Position numbers and translations under genes: made by a program. 64,000 bases of DNA, taken from Christensenellales bacterium. GTDB taxonomy: Bacteria > Bacillota > Clostridia > Christensenellales > JBMNTQ01. Below the pieces are notes generated by a model. That model had not been told where the DNA came from and did no database searches. It saw only the letters and a list, made by a program, of their open reading frames with translations. Below, piece by piece: positions 1 to 9,310 of the stretch. The stretch covers positions 84,090-148,089 of the forward strand of contig JBMNTR010000001.1 in the NCBI GenBank assembly GCA_050945835.1, written 5' to 3'. Position 1 is the stretch's first letter; each line of letters opens with the position of its first letter.

Positions 1-41
1 GGAGCTATGGCGAAAAATGATCGCTTCTACTCAAAAATTGA

Positions 42-70
42 TTGAATCTAAGCAGTTGTTGTTGTATAAT
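42..70 (+). promoter_or_regulatory. sigma-A-type promoter for gdh
   Basis: TTGAAT (42-47), 17 nt spacer, TATAAT (65-70). GGAGG lies 8 nt before the ATG at 142. Confidence 0.6.
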
Positions 71-141
71 AACTAGGGTCTGAGCTAAGAAGAGTGCGAT
101 ACGCTTTTTATTAGAATTTTAGCAATTTTGGAGGTATAACA

Positions 142-1428
142 ATGGCAGAGGCAGCATATAACCCGTTTCATAACGCGCAAGCACAGTTTGACAAGGTGGC
201 GGATATTCTAAACCTTGACAGTGGCACACGCGAACTTTTAAGGCGGCCCATGAACGAGGTGCATTTTACAATCCCCGTAAAAATGGACGATGGTTCCACA
301 AAGGTTTTTGAAGCCTTCCGGTTTCGCCATAATGATGCAAGGGGCCCGGCAAAAGGCGGAATACGCTTTCATCCCCACGAGACGGCGGACACAGTTCGCG
401 CGCTTTCCATGTGGATGACATGGAAGTGTGCTGTTGTGGATATTCCGCTGGGCGGCGGCAAGGGCGGCGTGGTTTGTGACCCGAGGACGCTTTCCGCGGC
501 AGAGCAGGAAAGGCTTTGCCGGGGTTATGTGCGCCGGCTCGGTGCACAGCTTGGTCCAAATGTGGACGTTCCGGCGCCCGACGTGATGACGAACGGCCAG
601 CACATGCTTTGGATGCTGGACGAATACGAGGCGATCAATAGTGCGCATTATCCTGGAGTGATCACAGGAAAGCCCGTAGGTATGGGCGGATCGCTCGGCC
701 GCACCGAAGCCACCGGTTATGGCATCATCTACGTGTTAAAGGATTTCTTGCAAAAGCAAGGCATGGATATCGCAGGCATGACGGCGAGTATACAAGGATT
801 TGGAAATGTGGCGGAGTACGCCGCACGCATGTATACTGAGCTGGGCGGAAAGATCATGGCTGTATCCTGCTGGAACCAAAACGAGAAAAGAGCCTACACT
901 TATAAGAAAGATGGCGGCTGTGATATCCTTGAGCTGGTCTCGATTAAGGATGCGTTTGGCGGCATAGACAACGAAAAGGCGCTGGCGTTCGGCTATGAGC
1001 TGCTTGAGGGCGACGCATGGATCGCACAGGATGTGGACATACTGATTCCGGCGGCACTCGAAAACCAAATCACGCCTGCCATTATGCCCAAGATCAGCAA
1101 TTCTGTGAAGTTCATCGTGGAGGCGGCAAACGGCCCCACCACCCCTGATTGCGATGCGCTCATCAACGAGCGCGGCATCACGCTGCTTCCGGACTTTTTG
1201 TGCAACGCCGGCGGTGTGACATGCAGTTACTTTGAGCAGGTGCAGTGCAATATGAACTACTTCTGGGACAAGGCCGAAGTGCTTGAGAAGCTCGAATATG
1301 CCATGACAAAGGCGTTTCGTGCAGTGTATGAAATGTCAAAGGAGAGAAATCTGACGCTTCGCGACGCGGCGTATGTAATCTCCATCAACCGCGTGGCGGA
1401 TGCCGTCAAGCTTCGCGGCTGGGTATAG
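142..1428 (+). CDS. gdhA: NAD(P)-specific glutamate dehydrogenase
   Basis: 428 aa. Glu/Leu/Phe/Val dehydrogenase signature IPLGGGKGG and Rossmann motif IQGFGNVA. Strong RBS. Confidence 0.95.
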   Translation: MAEAAYNPFHNAQAQFDKVADILNLDSGTRELLRRPMNEVHFTIPVKMDDGSTKVFEAFRFRHNDARGPAKGGIRFHPHETADTVRALSMWMTWKCAVVDIPLGGGKGGVVCDPRTLSAAEQERLCRGYVRRLGAQLGPNVDVPAPDVMTNGQHMLWMLDEYEAINSAHYPGVITGKPVGMGGSLGRTEATGYGIIYVLKDFLQKQGMDIAGMTASIQGFGNVAEYAARMYTELGGKIMAVSCWNQNEKRAYTYKKDGGCDILELVSIKDAFGGIDNEKALAFGYELLEGDAWIAQDVDILIPAALENQITPAIMPKISNSVKFIVEAANGPTTPDCDALINERGITLLPDFLCNAGGVTCSYFEQVQCNMNYFWDKAEVLEKLEYAMTKAFRAVYEMSKERNLTLRDAAYVISINRVADAVKLRGWV

Positions 1429-1465
1429 CATAAAAACCCGCCGGTTTATATTGAGATGAAAATGC

Positions 1466-1546
1466 AAGCCGCCCTTATAAGGGCGGCTTGCGCGCTGTTG
1501 AACTGTATGCGTAACACAGGCGGTGGACACAACGCCTGTGTTACGC
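1466..1546 (+). terminator. two tandem GC-rich hairpins downstream of gdh (no clear U-tract)
   Basis: First hairpin: GCAAGCCGCCC/GGGCGGCTTGC, 11 bp stem at 1466-1493. Second hairpin: GCGTAACACAGGCG/CGCCTGTGTTACGC, 14 bp stem at 1509-1546. Confidence 0.4.
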
Positions 1547-1646
1547 GAAAACCGCATATCGGTCACATCCGCCGATGGATGACACCATGACAAAAAATGC
1601 AATGTGAATAAGAAAATCCGTCATTTTCAAAAGAATTTTTATTTTT

Positions 1647-1676
1647 TTGCAGAAACCGTATTCTCTGGGATATAAT
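1647..1676 (+). promoter_or_regulatory. sigma-A-type promoter
   Basis: TTGCAG (1647-1652), 18 nt spacer, TATAAT (1671-1676). It lies inside the 5' end of the tracked ORF, which argues for a later start codon. Confidence 0.5.
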
Positions 1677-1742
1677 ATGATCAACGTTCGTTTGGATATA
1701 AAAAAGCATTCGTTCATGGCATACATGAAGGGAGGATATACA

Positions 1743-2837
1743 TTGACGTTTGAGAAAAACCGGCCGGTTTGCGTGAAAAAATCGCCCGCGAAGCGGCGGC
1801 CGTATTATAAGAGGATACTCGCATGGGCGCTCGTTGTGCTGATGGTGCTTTTGCTTACGGGCTGTGCACAGTGCATTGTAAAGGTCAACGTGCAGGCTGA
1901 TAAGAGCGGTGATGTGAGCGTGATACTCGGGCTGAACGATATAGCGGCGGCCATGGGCGGCGGTATGCTGGACACCGCAAAAGGCACGTTTGACAGCGCG
2001 GGCTTTGAAGCTTCGGATTATGCATACGGCGGCTATTCGGGATATCAGTTCAGAAGGAGCGCAAACGATCTGCCCGCGGTGCTGAATTCCGGCGTGTTTG
2101 CCTCCTTCGCAAACAGCTTGAGCTTGACGTATGCAACTGAGAGCGGTCATGATACTATAAAGCTGTCCGGTACGGTAGATGTGGACAAGCTGTTGAAAGA
2201 GCATGGCGGTGTGACGGCCGCTCAGGCGCAGGCTTCGGGCGCCGAGCTGAGCTTTCAGGTTACGTTCCCTTACCCTGTTTCGGAACACAACGCCTCCAAG
2301 CTTTCAGAGGACGGCTACACCGCCTACTGGAATCTGTTCGGCGGCGGTGAGCTCTTTGCAAAGGCAACAGACGGTGCCCGGGCAGGCGAAGCGGGTACAG
2401 CCGCAAACACCTCCTTTTTAGATGGCCTGCTCAACAGGATCAAAAGCCCGGAGTTAAGGCCTATACTGCTGCTGGTGGGGGCGGCTGTGCTGCTGGTCAT
2501 CATCATATTGATCATCGCAGGCATTCATCGCAGGCGCAAGAAGAAGCGGCTCGCCCGTATACAACAGGAACGCGCTTCGCGTACACGCGCCTATTCGCAG
2601 CCCCCGCCGTACACACCCAACACGATGTATGCGCAGCCCCCGCCGCCGCCGCAGCCCTATGCGCCGCATACGCCACAGCAGCCATATACACAGCAGCACG
2701 GCTTCGCACAGCCGCAACAGCAGCCTGCCCAGCGCCCATCAGGGCCAATGGCTGACCAACAGACACCAAAGGACACAGCGCCCGCGAAACCGACCCGCAG
2801 GCCGCCCAACCGGGTGATCGGCCCGGATGACGAATAG
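1743..2837 (+). CDS. lipoprotein-like membrane protein with a C-terminal TM helix and a Pro/Gln/Tyr-rich cytoplasmic tail (unknown function)
   Basis: TTG at 1743 lies 7 nt after GGAGG. Signal peptide with lipobox LLLTGC. TM helix PILLLVGAAVLLVIIILIIAG followed by RRRKKKR. Tail reads PPPYTPNTMYAQPPPPPQPYAPHTPQQPY. Maximal ORF is 1647-2837. Confidence 0.6.
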   Translation: MTFEKNRPVCVKKSPAKRRPYYKRILAWALVVLMVLLLTGCAQCIVKVNVQADKSGDVSVILGLNDIAAAMGGGMLDTAKGTFDSAGFEASDYAYGGYSGYQFRRSANDLPAVLNSGVFASFANSLSLTYATESGHDTIKLSGTVDVDKLLKEHGGVTAAQAQASGAELSFQVTFPYPVSEHNASKLSEDGYTAYWNLFGGGELFAKATDGARAGEAGTAANTSFLDGLLNRIKSPELRPILLLVGAAVLLVIIILIIAGIHRRRKKKRLARIQQERASRTRAYSQPPPYTPNTMYAQPPPPPQPYAPHTPQQPYTQQHGFAQPQQQPAQRPSGPMADQQTPKDTAPAKPTRRPPNRVIGPDDE

Positions 2838-2842
2838 CGCCC

Positions 2843-3709
2843 CTAGCTCTTGGCCTTGCGCCCCAGGGGCTCGAAATAACAGACAGCAGCCAGCAAAAAG
2901 CAAACGCCGGCTGTGATCTGGTAATAGAGATTTAATCCGGTGATGAAGGAGAAAGCACTGAGCAGCGCCCCGCACATGGCATAGCGCTTGGCTTTTTCCT
3001 TCTGGAAGATGTATGCTGTGATGTTTTTGGCCTTGAAACGTTTTCTCATGGATCGCGCTTCCTCAAGCAGCCAAACATCAAAGGCGTCGTCGCCGGGGGT
3101 GAGGCCGGAGGATTGCCAGTAGGCGATCAGGGCATCCGGATGCACGAAATGGATACAGCGAAGCGGCATGCGCTGCATGAGCGTACGCGCCGCTTCCGAC
3201 AAGGTGGATGTGCTGATGAGCACGCCTGCCTGCATATGTTCGGCCTGCATACGCTCATAAAGCGCCAGCACATGGTGCGGCATACACGCGCCCTTGCCGT
3301 ATAGCCGCAGCAGATCCACACACGCGCCCTTGCAGACGATGCCGTCATGCTGCACCTGGGCGCCATAGGAGCCTGAATGATTGAGATAATCGCGGCACAG
3401 ATACAGAAAATCCTCCCTGGGGAGCAGCAGCAAGGATTCCTGCAGAAAGACTTTCTTCATCTTGGCGCGGAATTTCAGCACGAAACGCGCATAGCGCAAG
3501 TCCTGTATGAACTTGGCGAATATGCTGAACAGGAGCACGCACAGCAAAGCGACGAGCGCCGCGAGCATCCTGCTGCGCAGCGAATAAAGCAGCACGAGAT
3601 ACGAAGCGGTGAGCAGCAAAAGCCTGAGCAGCACATAATCGATGACCCTCGCCGCTTTTGAACGCCCATTATGCATCTGCTGCCTGTAATATGGATGTAA
3701 TTCCTGCAT
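2843..3709 (-). CDS. hypothetical polytopic membrane protein
   Basis: TM helices at both ends flank a soluble core of about 150 aa. The ATG at 3709 is preceded by a GGCGGGG RBS-like sequence. The tracked ORF extends to a GTG at 3790 through AT-rich sequence. The stop codon is 5 bp from the convergent gene. Confidence 0.45.
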   Translation of the reverse strand: MQELHPYYRQQMHNGRSKAARVIDYVLLRLLLLTASYLVLLYSLRSRMLAALVALLCVLLFSIFAKFIQDLRYARFVLKFRAKMKKVFLQESLLLLPREDFLYLCRDYLNHSGSYGAQVQHDGIVCKGACVDLLRLYGKGACMPHHVLALYERMQAEHMQAGVLISTSTLSEAARTLMQRMPLRCIHFVHPDALIAYWQSSGLTPGDDAFDVWLLEEARSMRKRFKAKNITAYIFQKEKAKRYAMCGALLSAFSFITGLNLYYQITAGVCFLLAAVCYFEPLGRKAKS

Positions 3710-3889
3710 TAAAATCCCCGCCTTTGTGTTATGATAAAAAGAAAGCGCGTGTGTGTTTTTCGCTGTATTCCCTTTATGCATTATAGACACGAATTTGTGA
3801 AGCTATACATGATTGAAACAGCGCTGAATCTTTACTTTTCGGGCGTGAAAAGGTAAAATAAGAGCAGGAAAAAGGAGCAAACTGAGAAT

Positions 3890-4552
3890 ATGGTGGAAGC
3901 AGATCGCGGCGTCTGTACGCTGCAGCAATTCAGGGAAACCAAAGGCGAACGCGGAAAGATCGGGATCCTGGGCGGTACGTTCAATCCGGTGCACCGCGGC
4001 CATATCGCCATGGCTAAGCGTGCGGCGTTTCTTTTTTCGTTAAACCGGGTGATCTTTATTCCGGTGGGCACTCCGCCCCACAAGCGGGATGAGGATGTCG
4101 CCCACGGCGAACACCGCTATGCGATGCTGACATTGGCCACCCAAGATGAACCGCAGCTTGAGGTTTCGCGCATGGAGCTGGACCGCAGCGGTTACACCTA
4201 TACCATCGATACGCTTAAAGAGCTGCGTCTGCTCTATCCGGATGAGAGCTTCTGCTTCATCATGGGTGCGGATACGCTGTTTGAAGTGGAGACCTGGCGG
4301 GAATATGAGCAGGTGATGAAGCTGTGCTCCTTTGCCGCGTTTTACCGCGACGGGCACGACAAAGATGCCATCGAACGGCAGGCGCAACGGCTCTGGCTGC
4401 TCTATGGAGCGCAAATTGAGATCGCCGAGTTTTTCGGCTATGACATCTCATCCACACAGATCCGTGCCATGGTGCGCGCGGGCGAAAGCATACACGCGCT
4501 GGTTCCTATGCTGGTGGAGCGCTATATCTACGACAACGGAGTATACGTATGA
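3890..4552 (+). CDS. nadD: nicotinate-nucleotide adenylyltransferase
   Basis: GILGGTFNPVHRGH nucleotidyltransferase motif and ISSTQIR C-terminal motif. Confidence 0.9.
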   Translation: MVEADRGVCTLQQFRETKGERGKIGILGGTFNPVHRGHIAMAKRAAFLFSLNRVIFIPVGTPPHKRDEDVAHGEHRYAMLTLATQDEPQLEVSRMELDRSGYTYTIDTLKELRLLYPDESFCFIMGADTLFEVETWREYEQVMKLCSFAAFYRDGHDKDAIERQAQRLWLLYGAQIEIAEFFGYDISSTQIRAMVRAGESIHALVPMLVERYIYDNGVYV

Positions 4553-5136
4553 ACAGGGAGCAGATGCTGCAAAAGCTCAAAAACGCGCTGGAACGGGAGC
4601 GTTTTGAGCATACTTTGCGCGTCGAATGCTGTGCGGTGGAGCTTGCGCAGCGCATAGGCTGCGACAAAGCTAAAATCAGCACGGCGGCCCTGCTGCATGA
4701 CTGTGCCAAGGAATACGGCATCGAGCAAGGCCTGGCACTGGCCGCGCGTTATGGTGTCGAACTGGATGAATACCAGCGCAGCCAGAGAAGCCTGCTGCAT
4801 GCACCGCTGGGTGCTGGCGTGGCCAGGATTGAGTATGGCGTGACGGATATGGCCGTGCTCAATGCCATCGAATTTCACACCACAGGCAGGAAAAACATGT
4901 CGGTGGAAGAAAAGATCATCTATATAGCCGATGCGGTGGAATCGGGCAGACAGTTCAGCGGTGTGCAGGTTTTGAGGAATCTATGCAGAAAAGACCTTGA
5001 TTCGGCTATGCGGTATGCGCTGAAAAATGGTATCATAGGCTTAATAAGAGGCGGCCACATCGTACACCCCGACAGCATCGAGGCGTTGAACAGCCTTATA
5101 CAGCCGCAAACAGGCGGCTCCTATAAAGAATTTTAA
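4549..5136 (+). CDS. yqeK: HD-domain bis(5'-nucleosyl)-tetraphosphatase, YqeK family
   Basis: ATGA overlap with nadD. HTLRV...LLHDCAK HD motif. Conserved nadD-yqeK-rsfS gene order. Confidence 0.85.
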   Translation: MNREQMLQKLKNALERERFEHTLRVECCAVELAQRIGCDKAKISTAALLHDCAKEYGIEQGLALAARYGVELDEYQRSQRSLLHAPLGAGVARIEYGVTDMAVLNAIEFHTTGRKNMSVEEKIIYIADAVESGRQFSGVQVLRNLCRKDLDSAMRYALKNGIIGLIRGGHIVHPDSIEALNSLIQPQTGGSYKEF

Positions 5137-5151
5137 TCAGGAGGAAACAGC

Positions 5152-5499
5152 TTGAGAGACATCAGGGAACTGGCATTGAACATTGCCCGTATACTAAGCC
5201 AAAAGGGTGCCGAGAAGGTACAGGTGATCGACATACGCGAATCCAGCGTGATCGCGGACTATTTTGTGGTGTGCGGCGGCCGGAGCGGTGTGCAGGTGAA
5301 AGCGCTGAGCGACGAAGTAGAAGACAGGCTTGAAGAAGAAGGCACGACGGTTCTGCGTAAGGAGGGCTATCAGCCCGGCAGATGGATCGTGCTGGATTAT
5401 GGAGATATATTGGTGCATATCTTCTTAAACGAGGAGCGTGAATTCTATGATATTGAGCGGCTATGGGTCACGGGCGACAATCTGATCGATATTGAATGA
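5152..5499 (+). CDS. rsfS: ribosome silencing factor RsfS
   Basis: 115 aa. ADYFVVCGGRS and WIVLDYGDILVHIF motifs typical of RsfS/YbeB. TTG start after AGGAGG. Confidence 0.9.
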   Translation: MRDIRELALNIARILSQKGAEKVQVIDIRESSVIADYFVVCGGRSGVQVKALSDEVEDRLEEEGTTVLRKEGYQPGRWIVLDYGDILVHIFLNEEREFYDIERLWVTGDNLIDIE

Positions 5500-5501
5500 A
5501 T

Positions 5502-5528
5502 AAAAAGGCGGTGAACCCGCCTTTTTTA
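5502..5528. terminator. bidirectional rho-independent terminator
   Basis: AAGGCGG-TGAAC-CCGCCTT hairpin (5505-5523) flanked by an A-run and a T-run. Confidence 0.8.
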
Positions 5529-5637
5529 GTTTGATGGCTATAGCAAAGCATACCCGTTGCCTATCAAGGGCGGCATGTATGCTTTTCTGTATACACAAGC
5601 GCGCGGCATGCTTTGCAAAAATCGGAGGCCGCAGCGC

Positions 5638-5928
5638 CTAAAACCCGATACGCGGATTGTTTTTGGACGCGCGGTATAACACGAACTTCCTGCCGATGCA
5701 TTGCACAGGCTCGGCGTTGGTCGCCTTTGCAAGCTCTTCGCAGGCTGTGCGCGCGTCGTATTCGCTGTTCTGCTGCACGGTGGCCTTCACCAGCTCCCGC
5801 GCTTCGAGCGCATCATCCACCTGCTTGATCAGATTGCCGCTGATGCCCTCTTTCCCCAGATGGATGATGGGTTGGATATCGTTGGCCAGCGAACGCAAAT
5901 AGGCCCTTTCTTTACTCGTAATCATCAT
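5638..5928 (-). CDS. yhbY: YhbY-like CRM-domain RNA-binding protein (ribosome assembly)
   Basis: 96 aa. LTSKERAYLRSLANDIQPIIHLGKEGI matches the YhbY/CRS1 family pattern. Confidence 0.85.
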   Translation of the reverse strand: MMITSKERAYLRSLANDIQPIIHLGKEGISGNLIKQVDDALEARELVKATVQQNSEYDARTACEELAKATNAEPVQCIGRKFVLYRASKNNPRIGF

Positions 5929-5937
5929 ATTTTCCTC

Positions 5938-7191
5938 CTAATCCACAAAATCAAACGCCAGAGAACCCAGATACACCGTGTCGTTATGCTGTGCGCCGCG
6001 TTTGCGCAGCTCATCGATGATGCCCTCATCCTGCAAAATACGCTGGAACCGCCGCATGGAGTCCGCGTCGTCGGTGAAGGTGGAATCCAGCAGCCTGTCT
6101 ATAGTAGGCCCGCTGACCATATAAGCGCCTTCCTGCACGGCGATCTCGTAGCCCTCCTGCTCCAGCGCATATTCAAGCGCCTCCTCATAGAATGTTTCAG
6201 GCGGGCTGAGCGTGGCAAGAAGCTGGGATGCGCGCTGCATCAGCTCTTCAACGCCTTGCCCCGTAGCCGCAGACACAGGGAAAACCTCCACATCTGGATA
6301 TTTTTCCCGAAAGAAGGAGAGATAGACATCCGCGCCGGTCAGGTCCATTTTGTTGGCGGCCACGATGTGTATGCATTGCGCCAATTTTTCGCTGTATGCA
6401 CGCAGCTCCTGGTTGATCGTCTCGTAGTCCTCTAACGGGTCGCGCCCTTCGCAGCCCGACATATCCAGCACATGGATGATGACGCGCGTACGCTCGATAT
6501 GCCGCAGAAACTGATGCCCCAACCCCGCCCCTTCATGCGCGCCCTCTATAAGTCCGGGTATATCGGCGAGCACAAAGCGTGTGCCTTTGACATCCACAAC
6601 GCCCAGATTGGGGGAGAGGGTGGTAAAGTGGTAATCCGCGATCTTGGGCCGCGCCTTGGAGACCATGGACAGCAACGTGGACTTGCCTACGTTGGGGAAC
6701 CCCACCAGGCCCACATCCGCGATGCATTTTAATTCCAGCGTCAATTCATACGCTGTTGTTTTGCTGCCCGGCTGCGCAAAACGAGGCGCCTGGCGCACGC
6801 TGTTGGCAAAGCGTGTGTTGCCGCGCCCGCCGCGCCCGCCGCGAAGCAGCAGCCTTTGGGCTGTATCTGCACCCATATCCAGCAGCACACGGCCGGATGC
6901 GTCCTTTACCAGTGTGCCCGCAGGCACTGGGATCACCAGATCCTCCCCGTTTTTGCCGCGCCGGTTGTTTGAAAGGCCGTCCTCCCCGTTTTGTGCGAAA
7001 TATTTGCGCTGGTAACGAAAGCTCATCAGCGTATTGATGCCGTGATCCACGCAAAAAAGAACGCTGCCGCCGTCGCCGCCGTCGCCGCCGTTGGGGCCGC
7101 CTGCCGGCACAAATTTTTCCCGGCGGAAGGAAACGCAGCCGTTGCCGCCGTTTCCTGCTTTTGCCGTGATGGATACTACATCTATAAACAT
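5938..7191 (-). CDS. obg: GTPase Obg/CgtA
   Basis: MFIDVVSITAKAGNGGNGCVSFRREKF Obg fold with glycine-rich N-terminus. G1 motif GFPNVGKST and G3 motif DIPGLIEGA. Confidence 0.95.
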   Translation of the reverse strand: MFIDVVSITAKAGNGGNGCVSFRREKFVPAGGPNGGDGGDGGSVLFCVDHGINTLMSFRYQRKYFAQNGEDGLSNNRRGKNGEDLVIPVPAGTLVKDASGRVLLDMGADTAQRLLLRGGRGGRGNTRFANSVRQAPRFAQPGSKTTAYELTLELKCIADVGLVGFPNVGKSTLLSMVSKARPKIADYHFTTLSPNLGVVDVKGTRFVLADIPGLIEGAHEGAGLGHQFLRHIERTRVIIHVLDMSGCEGRDPLEDYETINQELRAYSEKLAQCIHIVAANKMDLTGADVYLSFFREKYPDVEVFPVSAATGQGVEELMQRASQLLATLSPPETFYEEALEYALEQEGYEIAVQEGAYMVSGPTIDRLLDSTFTDDADSMRRFQRILQDEGIIDELRKRGAQHNDTVYLGSLAFDFVD

Positions 7192-7412
7192 GCTGGCTCC
7201 TCTGTGTTTTTATTCAGGCAAGGTTTGCCTGCAATCGATTATACCAATATGTGCCGTTTATATGCAACTGTAATTCATTTTGCTGAAATTCATACAGGCG
7301 GGTTTGGATATGAACACCTGTGCATAGGACGCTTTTTGTGCTAAAATGTAAGACGCAGCCATAACTTTCAGCACGGGGCTGCGTATACTCATCAGACGAA
7401 GAAGGTTGCTAA

Positions 7413-7940
7413 ATGGACGAAAAAAAACTTGTCCTTCGGGCACAAGACGGGGATATGGATGCATTTGACCAGTTGGTCCTTCATTGTTGGGATCATGCGC
7501 TGTTGTTTTGCACGCGTATTTTGCACGATTTCCATGCTGCTGAGGATATTCTCCAGGAGAGCTTTGCGGCCGCATATCTGCACTTAGGCGACTATAACCC
7601 GCAGTATGCGTTTAAAACGTGGCTATACCGCATCATACGTAATCGCAGCATCAGCTATCTGCGCAAAAAGAAACCCTTGAGGATGGAGGATTCCTATGAG
7701 GTGAAAAGCCCCGAATCGGTGGAGGAGCTGTTTTTGCAGGAGGAGCTGGCCAAAGAACTGCACAGCGCAGTTGACCGGCTGCGTTCAAGCCATCAACAGG
7801 TGCTTACGCTGGTCGGCTTTGAAGAGATGAGCTACCGCGAGGCGGCCGAGGTGATGGGCAAAACGGAAGGGCAGGTAAAAGCACTTTTATTTAGGGCGCG
7901 CAGAGCCCTTAAAAGACAGATGGAAGGAGGAGCATCGTGA
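7413..7940 (+). CDS. ECF (group IV) sigma-70 family RNA polymerase sigma factor
   Basis: 175 aa. Region 2 reads FKTWLYRIIRNRSISYLRK. Region 4 HTH reads LVGFEEMSYREAAEVMGKTEGQVKALLFRARRAL. Confidence 0.9.
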   Translation: MDEKKLVLRAQDGDMDAFDQLVLHCWDHALLFCTRILHDFHAAEDILQESFAAAYLHLGDYNPQYAFKTWLYRIIRNRSISYLRKKKPLRMEDSYEVKSPESVEELFLQEELAKELHSAVDRLRSSHQQVLTLVGFEEMSYREAAEVMGKTEGQVKALLFRARRALKRQMEGGAS

Positions 7941-9298
7941 ACAGCTATACGTCCAAACAACAACGCATTTTAAACGGCGTGCATCATAAGATCGAGCTTC
8001 TCCGGGAGCAGGAACAGCAAACGAAGAGGACGCTTGCCCGCCCGTTTAAAAAATATTGGGCCGTTCCTGTTGCGGTGGGTGCAATGGCCTTATTGATCGC
8101 GCTGCTGGCCGCCAACCCGTTTCTTGGACAACAGTTTGATGAGGCTGCGCCGCAGCAGTTGGCGGATGCCGGCGGGGGATACGGCGAACACAGTGCCGCG
8201 CAAGAGGAGGCGGAGCTCGAAGCGATGCCTGAGGACGGCGCTTTTTACGCCCGAGGTGGGGAAGACGAGACCGAACAGTTTTTTGCAGATTCATATGGCC
8301 CTGCAAACCCTGAAGGCACGAACAGCGCGTTTTCATTGGCGCTGTTGAACGCGTCGCTGCAAGAAAAAAAGGGCAGCGTGGCCATTTCACCGGCGGCGGC
8401 GGAGCTGTCGCTGCTGATGCTGTATACAGAAGCCTACGGCGAGACGCAACAGGCGCTTGCCGGCGTGCTTCACATACACAGCGAAGCGGAGGCGTTGGTG
8501 AGAGCCGCCGCCATACAGCATGCCTTTTCAAGGAACGCAGGGCAGCTGGACATTTGGCTTTCATTGGGGGGCAAGAGCGCGTTTGATGCGGAATTTGCTG
8601 AAAGCGCAAGGGAATATTTTGGCGCGCAGACGGATGACGAAAGCGCCCAGAGCCATGAGAAACAGCTTGAGGACGCCGGGCATGCCGAATTAACGGTGTT
8701 CAACGCGGCGAACATGCGCAGTGATGCAGAAAACAGTGCTGCGGACGATACAAGCGATGGACACACAGAGACGGACGGGCAGACGGAGCGCTTGCATCCA
8801 ATCATAGAGGAGATGGATTACGCGTATCTGGACGGGTTGCATTATGTGGCATTGCCCTATACGCAAAACAGCCGGATTATGCTGGTGTTGCCGCAAGAAG
8901 GCACGGATGTGCAAACGGCGGCGGGCATTATGGCGCAAGCCGGGCTGGAGGCGATGCTTGACAATATGGAGCGGCAAACCATACGCTTGCTCATGCCGGA
9001 TTTCGACATAAGCAGCGACACCGATCTCGCACTTGCCTTGCAGGGGATGGGGCTGGGCCGTCTGTTCGACGAAGAGCGCTGTGAACTGAACCTGACGCAA
9101 GAGGGGGCGGGCGGCGGTGTGTATGTCGGGCAAATGATGCAAAGCTGCGGCGTGGGCCTGCGCAAGGCAGGCGCTGAAACGTTAGAGCCAAAGGACGCTG
9201 TGTTTTCCATGGCGCTGCACGAGCCGTTTCTATATGTCGTATACAGTGAGGAAGGTATGGTGCTCGCCTGCGGCTCGGCTGCCGGCGCGCATGAATAA
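7937..9298 (+). CDS. single-pass membrane protein, putative anti-sigma factor with a serpin-like extracytoplasmic domain
   Basis: ATGA overlap with the sigma gene. TM helix at aa 40-64 and acidic linker. From about aa 128-453 there are serpin-like motifs: SVAISPAAAELSLLMLYTEAYGETQQAL, YVALPYTQNSRIMLVLPQEG, LMPDFDISSDTDLALALQGMGLGRLF and HEPFLYVVY. Confidence 0.65.
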   Translation: MNSYTSKQQRILNGVHHKIELLREQEQQTKRTLARPFKKYWAVPVAVGAMALLIALLAANPFLGQQFDEAAPQQLADAGGGYGEHSAAQEEAELEAMPEDGAFYARGGEDETEQFFADSYGPANPEGTNSAFSLALLNASLQEKKGSVAISPAAAELSLLMLYTEAYGETQQALAGVLHIHSEAEALVRAAAIQHAFSRNAGQLDIWLSLGGKSAFDAEFAESAREYFGAQTDDESAQSHEKQLEDAGHAELTVFNAANMRSDAENSAADDTSDGHTETDGQTERLHPIIEEMDYAYLDGLHYVALPYTQNSRIMLVLPQEGTDVQTAAGIMAQAGLEAMLDNMERQTIRLLMPDFDISSDTDLALALQGMGLGRLFDEERCELNLTQEGAGGGVYVGQMMQSCGVGLRKAGAETLEPKDAVFSMALHEPFLYVVYSEEGMVLACGSAAGAHE

Positions 9299-9310
9299 AG
9301 GACGGATAGG

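Noticed and set aside
5701-6435. Long ORFs antisense to or overlapping real genes. Examples: 5701-6435, 15460-16440, 26390-27121, 32835-33578, 35668-36432, 37177-38181, 40999-41649, 42001-43080, 43891-44766, 47541-48290, 52650-53603 and 57812-58429.
   Set aside because: Each lies opposite a gene with unambiguous family motifs. They have Arg/His/Ala/Pro-rich composition typical of antisense frames in GC-rich DNA, and they lack ribosome-binding sites.
3890-7191. The convergent arrangement of nadD-yqeK-rsfS (plus strand) against obg-yhbY (minus strand), instead of the co-linear yhbY-nadD-yqeK-rsfS order of Bacillus.
   Set aside because: All genes are intact and share a clean bidirectional terminator. 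This is most simply an ancestral local inversion or lineage-specific order, with no functional signal in the sequence.
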